Virus record (IMG/VR): IMGVR_UViG_3300008122_000001
Coordinates: 119,706 to 183,705 of that record
Reading direction: 5' to 3' (one strand)
Length of the DNA stretch: 64,000 nt
From: a virus
Taxonomy: Duplodnaviria > Heunggongvirae > Uroviricota > Caudoviricetes
Part shown: positions 10,038 to 19,642 of the stretch, in pieces
Position numbering within the stretch: position 1 is the stretch's first letter
Layout: each line of letters begins with the position of its first letter
Notes under the pieces: generated by a model
Seen by the model: the letters and a program-made list of their open reading frames with translations, nothing else
Told to the model about the DNA's origin: nothing
The model's database searches: none
Translations under genes and position numbers: made by a program

Positions 10038-11041
10038 TGTTAACATCATCTCAAATTTTAGCTTTTACTTTGTATAATCAATTATTTTCAGATGATGAAA
10101 ATGTTGCAAAGAAACAAAGACGTTCTTTATTAAATAAATGGCATCCTGATTCTAATAAGGATCAGGATGCTGAAAAAGTATTTATTCATATTAATTATTT
10201 ATATGGATTAAATAATGTTAAAGTAGTTGAAAATGTTCTTGAAATTAATGGTAAAGAATATCATTATTATTTTTCAATTGTTAATGATATCTTTACTTTA
10301 TATTATTTAACATCATTTAAACTTTTAATTAAATTTAATTTCAAGCAAGAAGAACTTAAACTAAATTTTGTAAAAAATCGAAATAAATTAGATTTATTTT
10401 TAGATTCTAAAGATTTTAAAAGTCGTTATCAAGACATTTTAAATTTAAAGATTTTAAGTTCTTCTAATGGTGAATATTTATATATTGATTTATCACCTAA
10501 TTATTTACCATTATCTTTGATTCTTCAGTATATTAAAGAATTTAAAGATTGGAAAATGAGTGCTTGGATTATTTCACGTTATTACGATTCTGCTTTGTTG
10601 TATCAACATTCGGATTTAAAATATATTGGATGTGATTTTAATTTAGTGTTTGTCGATACTAAAAAACATTTAATTATTGATTTATCTGCTTTATTCTTTT
10701 CTGTTAAAGATACAATGTTATTATTAACTAATAATCAACATAAATTCTTTACTCATTCCGCTATATCATCTAAAAAATGTGATGATGAATCTATTAATTC
10801 TTTAATTAAGTTTTCATCTATTTTATTAGCAGGTGATACTACTCAAACTGGTAATTTTAATTTAATTGAAGATATTGAAGTTAATAAAGAATTAATTCAA
10901 CAACTTCTTTTAATTAATTCTTCTCGTTCTTTATTAGATAATTATAAAGAATGGCAAGAACAAACAATTACTAAAGTTTTTTCTCAACGTTCTTTTTATA
11001 AAAAAGAACTTACTTTTAATGATCTTAAACAATATATTTAA
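10037..11041 (+). CDS. J-domain (DnaJ-like, HPD motif) protein
   Basis: N-terminal AKKQRRSLLNKWHPDSNKDQDAEKVFIHINYLYG resembles the J-domain helix II-HPD-helix III region (KYHPDKN consensus). Confidence 0.5.
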   Translation: MLTSSQILAFTLYNQLFSDDENVAKKQRRSLLNKWHPDSNKDQDAEKVFIHINYLYGLNNVKVVENVLEINGKEYHYYFSIVNDIFTLYYLTSFKLLIKFNFKQEELKLNFVKNRNKLDLFLDSKDFKSRYQDILNLKILSSSNGEYLYIDLSPNYLPLSLILQYIKEFKDWKMSAWIISRYYDSALLYQHSDLKYIGCDFNLVFVDTKKHLIIDLSALFFSVKDTMLLLTNNQHKFFTHSAISSKKCDDESINSLIKFSSILLAGDTTQTGNFNLIEDIEVNKELIQQLLLINSSRSLLDNYKEWQEQTITKVFSQRSFYKKELTFNDLKQYI

Positions 11042-11052
11042 GGATATATACT

Positions 11053-11979
11053 ATGGGTGGTTCAAGTTTTTCTACAGCAGACTGGTCTCGTGCTTCTTCT
11101 ACAGTTCGTGATCAACCTTTACATAAGACAAATGTTTCATCTTCATTAAAAGATGAATTAAATCCTGCTCTTATGAAAAATAATTGTCGTGAATCTTGTG
11201 ATTCTGTACATAATCCTAATTCTACAGCTATTATTATTGGTCTAGATATGACTGGTAGTATGAGCAGTATTATTTCTCAAATTATGGGTAAAAGTTTAGG
11301 TACTTTATTTGAATATATTTATGATCGTAAACCTGTATCAGATCCACAAGTATTATTTTGTGCTGTTGGTGATGAAATGGCAGGCGATCCTGCTCCGTTT
11401 CAAGTAGGTCAATTTGAATCTGAATGTGGTCGTTTAATGACTACTCTTAAAGATTTCTGGGTTGATGGTTGTCGTGGTGGTAATAATGATGTTGAATCTT
11501 ATGATTTACCATATTTCTTTGCATCACATATGACTAAAATTGATTGTATGAAAAAACGTAATCAAAAAGGTTTTATCTTTACAATTGGTGATGAACCACC
11601 TCCATCTACATTAAGTCCAAAAACTGTTAAACGTGTATTTGGAATTGATATTCAAAAAGAAATTTCTTTTAAAGATTTAATTCAATTAACTTCACAATCA
11701 TACATTCCTTTTCATATTATTATGTCTGAAGGTTTCCATCCTAAATTACATGGTATTAACTCTGTATTACAGCCGTGGCAAAATCTTTTAGGTGAAAATG
11801 CAATTGTATGTGATGATTCAACTAAATTATCTGAAGTTATTACTAGTATTTTAGAAATTAAAGCTGGTAAAAATAAAACTGAAGTAATTAATAGTTGGGA
11901 TTCTACTACTACTCTTGTAGTACAAAAAGCTGTAGGCAACTTACCAGCTCAACAATCTGGTGGTCTTGTTTTTAATTAA
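11053..11979 (+). CDS. von Willebrand factor A (vWA) domain protein
   Basis: MIDAS motif IIIGLDMTGSMSS (DxSGS) followed by the beta-alpha pattern typical of a vWA fold. Confidence 0.6.
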   Translation: MGGSSFSTADWSRASSTVRDQPLHKTNVSSSLKDELNPALMKNNCRESCDSVHNPNSTAIIIGLDMTGSMSSIISQIMGKSLGTLFEYIYDRKPVSDPQVLFCAVGDEMAGDPAPFQVGQFESECGRLMTTLKDFWVDGCRGGNNDVESYDLPYFFASHMTKIDCMKKRNQKGFIFTIGDEPPPSTLSPKTVKRVFGIDIQKEISFKDLIQLTSQSYIPFHIIMSEGFHPKLHGINSVLQPWQNLLGENAIVCDDSTKLSEVITSILEIKAGKNKTEVINSWDSTTTLVVQKAVGNLPAQQSGGLVFN

Positions 11980-12000
11980 TTAATGTTTTAAGGTTCTACA

Positions 12001-13221
12001 ATGGAAAATGCAGTAGTTATTGGTTCTAATTATGGTGATGAATCTAAAGGTCGTACTACAGATTATTTAGTTAAACAAATGTTGAATCAGAAATTAAACC
12101 CTATTGTTGTACGTTTTAGTGGTTCTAATAATGCTTCACATACTGTATATCTAAATGAAACTACTTATCATGCTTTTAGTAGTATTGGTAGTGGAAGTTT
12201 CCGTAATGTTCCAACTTATCTTTCTGAGTTTTTTGCTGTAGAACCTCAAGCATTGATTAATGAATTAAATAGTTTTAAGTCTAAGTTTAATTATACTTCT
12301 ACTATCTTTATTGATCCAAATTGTTTATTGGTTACTCCTTATGATGTTGCTCTTAATCGTTTAAAAGAAACATTAAAGGGTAATCATAAACATGGTTCAA
12401 CTGGTTCTGGTTTAAATGAATGTAAACAACGTAGCAAAACGCATCCATTCTATATTAAGGATTTGTTAACTGGACAAAATACTGAATTATTTAATAATAT
12501 TTATGCTTATTTTATTAAGCAGTTACAATATTTAATTGATCAATATAAATTAGATATCGAAACATTAGATTCTGATTTAAAAGATTTACTTTATATTACA
12601 CTTAATATGAAGTTTATTGATGCATTCTATTCTCATTATTCTAGTTTACTAGATAACCCTCATATTACCTTAGAAACTCCTGATTTAAAAGAATACTCTT
12701 GTGTATTTGAAGGTTCTCAAGGTTTAGCATTAGAGGAAGATTATCATAATTTTCCTTATGTTACTCACTCAAAAACTGGTATTCGAAATGTTCTAGAAAT
12801 TTGTGTAAAACATGGTATTGAACTTACTGATGTTTATTACCTCTCTCGCACTTATCTCTCTCGTCACGGTTTCGATCCAAACTTTAATACTTGTCATCAC
12901 AAAAATGTGTTAGAAGATTTTAATATCTTTGATGTAACTAATGTATATAATCCTTGGCAAGGTTCTATGGTATTTAATTATCTAAATATTAATGAATTAG
13001 AATCTCGAATTAATACTGATTTTAAACATTGTTTAGAAGTCTTTCCTAATTGTTTAGAACATCGTGTATTCTCTTGTGTAGATCAAATTAAAGGTAAATA
13101 TAAAGTAGTTATTGATAATACACTACACGTATTTCCTTCATTCAATGATTTTTTAAATTTGTATATGGAACAGTTTAAAATTTCTTTTGTTACTTCTTTC
13201 ACTTCCCCTATTAATAGTTAG
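12001..13221 (+). CDS. adenylosuccinate synthetase family protein (PurA/PurZ-like)
   Basis: P-loop VVIGSNYGDESKGRTTDYL (PurA GDEGKGK), SNNASHTVY (PurA NAGHT catalytic His) and GSTGSGLNE (PurA GTTGRGIGP) all present in the right order. Confidence 0.75.
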   Translation: MENAVVIGSNYGDESKGRTTDYLVKQMLNQKLNPIVVRFSGSNNASHTVYLNETTYHAFSSIGSGSFRNVPTYLSEFFAVEPQALINELNSFKSKFNYTSTIFIDPNCLLVTPYDVALNRLKETLKGNHKHGSTGSGLNECKQRSKTHPFYIKDLLTGQNTELFNNIYAYFIKQLQYLIDQYKLDIETLDSDLKDLLYITLNMKFIDAFYSHYSSLLDNPHITLETPDLKEYSCVFEGSQGLALEEDYHNFPYVTHSKTGIRNVLEICVKHGIELTDVYYLSRTYLSRHGFDPNFNTCHHKNVLEDFNIFDVTNVYNPWQGSMVFNYLNINELESRINTDFKHCLEVFPNCLEHRVFSCVDQIKGKYKVVIDNTLHVFPSFNDFLNLYMEQFKISFVTSFTSPINS

Positions 13222-13230
13222 GAGCTTCTT

Positions 13231-13512
13231 ATGTCTGATTTAAAAATGAAAGTTTTTCTTGTAAATGAAATTGAATCTGAAGCTGGTTGGGGTTCTCGTG
13301 ACTCTGCTCAATATGTTTTTCCTAGTGAAGAGTTAGCTTTAGAATTTTGTAAAAAATATCATGCTGAAAATAACAATTTAAGTTATGTTCCAGATACTTA
13401 TTATCGTCAAGAATATAAAGGTACAGTAAAGATTACTGAATCTCAGTTCAATAAACATAAGTATAAAGGTGATTTAATTGTTATGCCTGAATGGAATTTT
13501 ACTGGAACTTAA
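13231..13512 (+). CDS. hypothetical protein
   Basis: ORF track; in frame with and 9 nt downstream of the TAG stop of the PurA-like gene. Confidence 0.5.
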   Translation: MSDLKMKVFLVNEIESEAGWGSRDSAQYVFPSEELALEFCKKYHAENNNLSYVPDTYYRQEYKGTVKITESQFNKHKYKGDLIVMPEWNFTGT

Positions 13513-13513
13513 T

Positions 13514-13957
13514 ATGATTATTGAAACAATCAAAAAAGATATTTTTCAATCTGTATTAAATTCTGAATTTGATTTATTTGCACATGGTTGTAACTGTTTT
13601 CATTCTTTTGGAAAAGGTATTGCATTAACTGTAAAAGATACTTTTCCAAAAGCATATGTTGCAGATAAAGCTACAGCATATGGTTCTAAAGATAAATTAG
13701 GAACTTATTCTTTTGCTGAATATGATTGTGTAAAAGTTATCAATGCTTATACTCAATTTAATTATGGTTATGGAAAAAGAAATGCAGATTATAATGCTAT
13801 TAAAAAAGTATTTGAAACATTAAACTTAGAGTATCCTGGTTTAACTTTAGCTATTCCTAAAATTGGTGCTGGTTTAGCTAAAGGTGATTGGAATATTATT
13901 CAAGATATTATCAATGAATCAACTCCTGATTTAAAAGTATCTTTATTTTATTTATAG
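13514..13957 (+). CDS. macro domain protein (ADP-ribose binding / hydrolase)
   Basis: DLFAHGCNCFHSFGKGIALTV and IPKIGAGLAKGDW match the macro-domain core motifs; ATG 13514 directly follows the upstream stop. Confidence 0.7.
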   Translation: MIIETIKKDIFQSVLNSEFDLFAHGCNCFHSFGKGIALTVKDTFPKAYVADKATAYGSKDKLGTYSFAEYDCVKVINAYTQFNYGYGKRNADYNAIKKVFETLNLEYPGLTLAIPKIGAGLAKGDWNIIQDIINESTPDLKVSLFYL

Positions 13958-13966
13958 GTAACTATA

Positions 13967-14287
13967 ATGATATCTAATGAAGAATGGTGTTGGGATTCAG
14001 AAGAACCTCAACAACTTAGTTCTTATCCTTTAGCACATAAATCAAATGAAGTAGCACTACTTGTTCAACGAAATGGTGTTATTTTTATTCGTCTCCATTC
14101 TAAGTGTTTAAGATACGCTTATGAATGGGGGATTAATACAAGAGATGCTCGTACTACTTGGCAACTTGAATGTCAAAAATCTCGTTTAATTAATGAAGGG
14201 TTTAAAATTAATTGGGATAATTACCAATTAATTCTTCAAATGTTTAATCAACGTTTTAAACTGTATGCTCCCTATTTAGGTAAATAA
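13967..14287 (+). CDS. hypothetical protein
   Basis: ORF track. Confidence 0.5.
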   Translation: MISNEEWCWDSEEPQQLSSYPLAHKSNEVALLVQRNGVIFIRLHSKCLRYAYEWGINTRDARTTWQLECQKSRLINEGFKINWDNYQLILQMFNQRFKLYAPYLGK

Positions 14288-14288
14288 T

Positions 14289-14486
14289 ATGAATATTGTA
14301 TATCTTGTTTTATTTGTAATTGGTTCTAGTGGAATAACTTCACAATCTATTCCTCAAGCAAATATGGCTCAATGTCAAATTAATGCTAAACAATTTAATA
14401 CTGGAAATAATAGAAATATTGTTTCTAATAGTTATACTAGTGATGCAAAAACACAAGCAGCTTTGTGTATAGTAGGAATTAAATAA
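14289..14486 (+). CDS. small secreted/membrane protein
   Basis: ORF track; hydrophobic N-terminus MNIVYLVLFVIGSSG. Confidence 0.45.
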   Translation: MNIVYLVLFVIGSSGITSQSIPQANMAQCQINAKQFNTGNNRNIVSNSYTSDAKTQAALCIVGIK

Positions 14487-14488
14487 AT

Positions 14489-14686
14489 ATGGAACAATTA
14501 TTAACGCATTCTTGTCCTGTTATTAAATCTAGAACTAAAGTTGAAATCCTTCGTGTATTCAATTTTCCTGCTACTGATAAACAATTTGTAACTATTAAAG
14601 ATTTAGAAAATTTTACTCTAAATCATAAGGGACATAAAGAAGATATTATTAGTACTATTGAATTAACTCTTGATACTTTTGTGTAG
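14489..14686 (+). CDS. hypothetical protein
   Basis: ORF track. Confidence 0.45.
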   Translation: MEQLLTHSCPVIKSRTKVEILRVFNFPATDKQFVTIKDLENFTLNHKGHKEDIISTIELTLDTFV

Positions 14687-14694
14687 ATCATTAA

Positions 14695-15135
14695 ATGAAA
14701 CGTTATTCGATATTGTCTATGTATAAATGGACTGGAGAAGAATTTTCTATTTTTAATTCAGATGATTTTTCAAGTATTATGTCTAAATATAATTTTATAT
14801 TGAAACATATAAAATACATGAAAGTTTTATCTCCATCTAAATCTAATCATCGTATTAGTAATTTACAAGTATTCAAAAAAATATATAAAGAATTACATAC
14901 AAATTCTTCTTTATACCCTTGTGATTTATTAGATCCTAATATTATTGTTTTACGTGATAATAAAACTAATTTAATAATTAGTAATTTTAGGTTTCATAAA
15001 TTAATGGGAGGATTAATTCCTAATGAAATTACTCCAGAATATTTAACAGAACAGAAAGAAGTAAATCAAATTCTTTCTTCTATTTGGCAAGATTATACTA
15101 AATGTTATTCATTTAAATATTTTAGAATATATTAA
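14695..15135 (+). CDS. hypothetical protein
   Basis: ORF track. Confidence 0.5.
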   Translation: MKRYSILSMYKWTGEEFSIFNSDDFSSIMSKYNFILKHIKYMKVLSPSKSNHRISNLQVFKKIYKELHTNSSLYPCDLLDPNIIVLRDNKTNLIISNFRFHKLMGGLIPNEITPEYLTEQKEVNQILSSIWQDYTKCYSFKYFRIY

Positions 15136-15145
15136 AGGTAATATT

Positions 15146-15715
15146 ATGAAACGTTTTTTTAATGTTAAAGCTTTATGTAATTATTACGATGAAGTTAAAA
15201 AAGTTGAAGTTTTAAGTTATGATCGTAATAAACATTGTACTGTTCGTTTTGAAGATGGAACAACAGATGATGTAAAAAAATATAGTTTATATAATTTACC
15301 TAAAGGTTTTAAATTTAATTTATTACCTTATGATTATGAAGAAACTATTACTAGTAAAGAAATTGCTAAAGATCTTCGTAATCATAACCGTTATTATTTT
15401 AAATTATTTAATAAATTTAAAACAGGTATTACTGTTAAATTTTTTAAATCAGATGATTTTAAATATAATAATGTAGATTATGAAATTAAAGGCACTCGTA
15501 AAGAAATTATTAAACATTTTAATTCTTTACCTAAAGATAAAATTAATAATTTTTCTTTACATTTAAATTTTTATAAAAAAAATTCTTTAGTTTCAGGTTC
15601 TTGTTTCTCTTATAAAAACAAGAAAACCACTATTTATTGTTTCAGAGATAAAGAACAAAATAAATTTATTAAACAATTATTACGATCTTTGTTTAAAATT
15701 AAGGTTAAAGATTAA
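15146..15715 (+). CDS. hypothetical protein
   Basis: ORF track; RBS aaaggtaatatt upstream. Confidence 0.5.
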   Translation: MKRFFNVKALCNYYDEVKKVEVLSYDRNKHCTVRFEDGTTDDVKKYSLYNLPKGFKFNLLPYDYEETITSKEIAKDLRNHNRYYFKLFNKFKTGITVKFFKSDDFKYNNVDYEIKGTRKEIIKHFNSLPKDKINNFSLHLNFYKKNSLVSGSCFSYKNKKTTIYCFRDKEQNKFIKQLLRSLFKIKVKD

Positions 15716-15717
15716 AC

Positions 15718-15960
15718 ATGGAAATGTGTGATGGATGGTATAGTATGGGTACTTCAGATAATTCTAAATTTTTAGTTATACAACAAAATTTAGAAACAAA
15801 ACTCAATGAAAAACTATTTTATGTTTCTTCTACTGTTGAATTACGTAATGTTTTAGATATTAATAAAACTCAATATGATCAGTTATTGTCTAAACTATTC
15901 GTTGATAATAATGGTTATCGTTATTCAATTATGCAGATTCCTTATTGGATGCAAAAATGA
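15718..15960 (+). CDS. hypothetical protein
   Basis: ORF track. Confidence 0.45.
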   Translation: MEMCDGWYSMGTSDNSKFLVIQQNLETKLNEKLFYVSSTVELRNVLDINKTQYDQLLSKLFVDNNGYRYSIMQIPYWMQK

Positions 15961-16394
15961 ATTATAAAAGCATTGAAGAACTAAGTATTATATACTTAGA
16001 AGCTATTGGTTTTAAACATAATGATCATGTTTGTGTTTTATTTAAAAACGGTGATGTACAACATGGCAAATTAAATTTTCATGGTTCTTTTATTAAATTA
16101 AATCCTACTGAAAATATTGTTATTCCTATGTACAATGCAATAGCTCTTTATCATGTTAATTTTATTAAACCAACTTCTTCTCAATCTGAATTATATAATT
16201 TAAAAGGTACATATACAGTAACTTGTAAATTATTAAATATTCATTCTCAAGTAATTTCAGACGTTACTCCTAAACAAGTATTCAATGAAATAAGATGTTT
16301 AAAACCTTCTTATTGGTACAATATGGATATAGATATTGAAAAGAAGACTATTAAAGTTTTCACTTGTTCTCGTGAAGATAATCTAGATATTTAA
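15957..16394 (+). CDS. hypothetical protein
   Basis: ATG 15957 forms an ATGA overlap with the upstream stop; the track start at 15945 is an alternative. Confidence 0.5.
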   Translation: MNYKSIEELSIIYLEAIGFKHNDHVCVLFKNGDVQHGKLNFHGSFIKLNPTENIVIPMYNAIALYHVNFIKPTSSQSELYNLKGTYTVTCKLLNIHSQVISDVTPKQVFNEIRCLKPSYWYNMDIDIEKKTIKVFTCSREDNLDI

Positions 16395-16404
16395 GGTATT
16401 ATAT

Positions 16405-16896
16405 ATGTACATCAAAAATACAGTTATTAATGATAATTTTGTTGTTTTTTGGAACAGCATTTTTAGTAACTTTCTTCCATGTGATTTTGTATTTAAAGGT
16501 TTAAAATTTAAATACTCAGAACATGGACTCATGTGGTGTAAAGCTATTCACTTTGGTGACACCAAAATAGCAGAAGAAATTCTTGTAGCTCCAACTCCTA
16601 AAAAAGCTAAAGAATTAGGTCGTTTAGTTAAAAATTTTGATGAAAAAGAATGGAATGAAGTTCGTTTACAATACATGGTTGATGTACTTGTTTGTAAATT
16701 TGGACAAAATCCTTCATTAAAGAAAACTCTTTTAAGTACTGGTTCTCGTAAATTTGTAGAAGGATCTCCTTTCGATATCCATTGGGGTATTGGTATCCAT
16801 TGGCAAAATTCAGATTGTTTAGATGAATCTAAATGGAAAGGTCAAAATTTACTTGGTAAAGCTTTAGACCAAACAAAAGAAATTTTAAAAGGATAA
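16405..16896 (+). CDS. NADAR (YbiA-like, DUF1768) domain protein, predicted ADP-ribose N-glycosidase
   Basis: FVVFWNSIFSNFLPCDFVFKGLKFKYSEHGLMWCKAIHFGD matches the NADAR N-terminal signature (F-x-G-x-x-SNF; Y-x-S-x-EH); length ~160 aa fits. Confidence 0.65.
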   Translation: MYIKNTVINDNFVVFWNSIFSNFLPCDFVFKGLKFKYSEHGLMWCKAIHFGDTKIAEEILVAPTPKKAKELGRLVKNFDEKEWNEVRLQYMVDVLVCKFGQNPSLKKTLLSTGSRKFVEGSPFDIHWGIGIHWQNSDCLDESKWKGQNLLGKALDQTKEILKG

Positions 16897-16901
16897 GTCT
16901 A

Positions 16902-17468
16902 ATGAATCAAATAATGTACGAACGAGCTTGTGAAGTATTGCAAGAAAAGAAATTCAAACTAACTTTTGCTAAACTCTGTAAACTAATTAGTACAGAATTT
17001 GAAGAAATAGATGTAGAAAGTATAGGAATGGCAATTAATTGGGGTAGAAGTTTATATCGTATGAAACTTCCTCGTAATGCTAATGCTTATATTCCTTTTG
17101 AAACTCATGTATTACCTTTATATATAGATAATGAACATGGTTCTATCTATCGTATAAATAAAAATGGAAAAATTAAAGAAGTTCCTTTAGATTTAACTAA
17201 AAAATATGATATTCGTCATCTTTATGAAAATAAAGATACTTCTTTTGAATATTTTAATGTTAATACTTATACTATAAATGGTAAAGATATTCGTAATTGG
17301 TTGCCTATTCGTCGTAAACAAATTGGAACTTTTAAAACCCCAATTGCAAACCAACTTGTAGAACAAAATCAATATCAAATTGAATTTTGGTATAATGATT
17401 CTTGGTTAAGTCTTTTAGAACATTCAGCTATTTATAAAAATTATTCTTTTAAAGAATTATGTAATTAA
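16902..17468 (+). CDS. hypothetical protein
   Basis: ORF track. Confidence 0.5.
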   Translation: MNQIMYERACEVLQEKKFKLTFAKLCKLISTEFEEIDVESIGMAINWGRSLYRMKLPRNANAYIPFETHVLPLYIDNEHGSIYRINKNGKIKEVPLDLTKKYDIRHLYENKDTSFEYFNVNTYTINGKDIRNWLPIRRKQIGTFKTPIANQLVEQNQYQIEFWYNDSWLSLLEHSAIYKNYSFKELCN

Positions 17469-17477
17469 GGTACTGTT

Positions 17478-17903
17478 ATGGGTATGTTTGATACGTATGT
17501 TCCTTGTAAAAAGTTAATTGATATTTTATCTAAAGAAACTTTTCTTAAAGATTTTAATTGGCAAACTAAATCTTTAGAATGTGAACTTTTAGATTTAAAT
17601 ATTAATGAAAATTTACAAATTACTCAAGATGGTTGTCATTATCAATTTAATTCTGACCATTTCATTGATAATCCTTATGTAAATAAAGGAACACTACTTC
17701 TTGAATTTGTAAATAATGAACTAAATTCTATTTTACATATTAATAATTCAATTGATGAATATGGTTCTGTTAAAGTACCAGATGTATTAATTGAATTTAA
17801 AAATATTGATTCATATGAAGTTTCTAAAATTTATGATTTTGATCATAAATGTAAAGCTTTAATTAAACGTAATTATCTTTACAATTTATACTTGTATGGT
17901 TAA
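17478..17903 (+). CDS. hypothetical protein
   Basis: ORF track. Confidence 0.5.
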   Translation: MGMFDTYVPCKKLIDILSKETFLKDFNWQTKSLECELLDLNINENLQITQDGCHYQFNSDHFIDNPYVNKGTLLLEFVNNELNSILHINNSIDEYGSVKVPDVLIEFKNIDSYEVSKIYDFDHKCKALIKRNYLYNLYLYG

Positions 17904-17997
17904 AAAGGAAAAACTATGTGTTTTAATTATAAAAACATATTACTTTTAATGTAGGTTCACTTAATTCTGAGTGAACATAACATTAAAGGATAATATT

Positions 17998-18756
17998 ATG
18001 ATTCATCAAAACCAAATTGAAAAATTTGAACATTTACCAAAACGTGAAAAAGTTGGATTTGATCGTATAACTAAATCTTGGTATGAAGAAGATTTTCAAA
18101 AATCTGCAAATGAATACTATGGTTTAGGTAAAATTTATTTTGTTAATTGTGGAAATAAACATGTCGGCAAACCTGTTCAACAATTAATTCATAAGTTAAA
18201 ATCTAATTCTAATTATATATATAATAAATCTTTCAGAAAAGCTGTAAATGATTTGATTTTTACTGATCTTATATCAAAAACTCATGATCCTCGCATTCCT
18301 GGAAATTATAGAAATAGAAATGATTGGTTTTATGTAGACTCTAATAATTTAGTTCAGAAAAAGACAGATTTAGCGTACTTTGATACTCAAAGTCATTCTA
18401 ATTGTTATGTTCAAAGCACTGAATATGTTAAAGAATACTATCCTCAGTATGTTTCTATTGCTAAAACTTTATGGCGTTTACATATTCTTAAAATAACTGA
18501 CAAAGTTCTTGAATATTATCATTCAACGTTTAAGTATATTGTTCGCTATAATGGATTACATTATTATGTAAGTAATGAAAAATTAGATTTATACGATATT
18601 GAATATAAATATGTTCCTCGTTTAAAAGCATCACATCAAGTTGTTATCAACAATGCTTTGAATGAATTACAACTTCTTAAATTATCTGTTAATGATTTAA
18701 AATATCATGGATTAATAGATGTTAAAGAAAATATTCAACATAAAATAAATTTTTAA
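17998..18756 (+). CDS. hypothetical protein
   Basis: ATG 17998 preceded by aaaggataat RBS and a 7-bp hairpin (gttcact/agtgaac) in the 94-nt leader; the track start at 17971 would lie in the hairpin. Confidence 0.5.
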   Translation: MIHQNQIEKFEHLPKREKVGFDRITKSWYEEDFQKSANEYYGLGKIYFVNCGNKHVGKPVQQLIHKLKSNSNYIYNKSFRKAVNDLIFTDLISKTHDPRIPGNYRNRNDWFYVDSNNLVQKKTDLAYFDTQSHSNCYVQSTEYVKEYYPQYVSIAKTLWRLHILKITDKVLEYYHSTFKYIVRYNGLHYYVSNEKLDLYDIEYKYVPRLKASHQVVINNALNELQLLKLSVNDLKYHGLIDVKENIQHKINF

Positions 18757-18766
18757 AGGTAATTAA

Positions 18767-19642
18767 ATGTCTAAATTTCTTCATTCTAATCAATATAAAG
18801 CTATTCTATCTGATCTTCAAGATCCTTATTATTCTTTTCCTGAACATTTTAAAAAACCTCTTCCTTTGAATCCTTATGTTACTAAACATTTACATGGACA
18901 TTTAAAAAGAGGTAATTTAAAAACTCATTTAAAAGATAATGGAGTATCTTCTTGGGATTATGTAGATAAAAAATGTAAATATCATCGTAGAGATTCTGGA
19001 CAAGGTTGGGATATTGCTGAAAAAATCTTTAAGAAACATGTAGGTAAAACCTATAAAGAAATTAAAGAAATTATTTTAAAGAAGCGTTGTAGACATTTCT
19101 TTGAAATGAGTTTATTAGATCAGTTAGAAAAAGCTTATACAAATACTCATGATATTTATACTTTTAATTCTGATAACAAATTGGAATTAAAAGAAAAAAT
19201 TATTACAACTAAAAACGAATATAATCCTTACCTTTATCGTAAATTAGATTTATCTTCATTTTCTAATTTTAATAAGTCTCTAAAGAATAATCTACCAATG
19301 TTAGAACGTTTTGAAAAATTTATTCAAATGTTAGAATATAACGGTTATGAAGTAGAGATTTATGAACTGTTTTGTTCTTTTAAAGGTAAAGGTATTCGTG
19401 GATACATTAATGTAGATTCTAATACTCCCTCTTATTGTGGATTAGTCTTTGCAGAGTATTATGAATACTTTAATAAAGTTAGTCGTTGTTCTTTAGTTTT
19501 TGATATTCCTAAATCTAAATTAGGATGTGATTCTGCTTTAAAAGAATTAGTTTACTTAGGTACTAAATCTGCTAAAAAAGAATTATACAATGAAACTTAT
19601 CAACCAAAACATGTTAATCCAGTAAGCTGGTGGGATAGATAA
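18767..19642 (+). CDS. hypothetical protein
   Basis: ORF track. Confidence 0.5.
   Translation: MSKFLHSNQYKAILSDLQDPYYSFPEHFKKPLPLNPYVTKHLHGHLKRGNLKTHLKDNGVSSWDYVDKKCKYHRRDSGQGWDIAEKIFKKHVGKTYKEIKEIILKKRCRHFFEMSLLDQLEKAYTNTHDIYTFNSDNKLELKEKIITTKNEYNPYLYRKLDLSSFSNFNKSLKNNLPMLERFEKFIQMLEYNGYEVEIYELFCSFKGKGIRGYINVDSNTPSYCGLVFAEYYEYFNKVSRCSLVFDIPKSKLGCDSALKELVYLGTKSAKKELYNETYQPKHVNPVSWWDR

Noticed and set aside
11712-11939. Antisense 75-aa ORF inside the vWA gene
   Set aside because: Nested on the opposite strand of a well-supported CDS; no RBS; spurious ORFs are typical in AT-rich DNA. The same reasoning applies to the minus-strand ORFs at 17193-17378, 26813-27061, 28574-28783, 30903-31088, 31305-31499, 40469-40810, 43082-43264 and 55464-55658.
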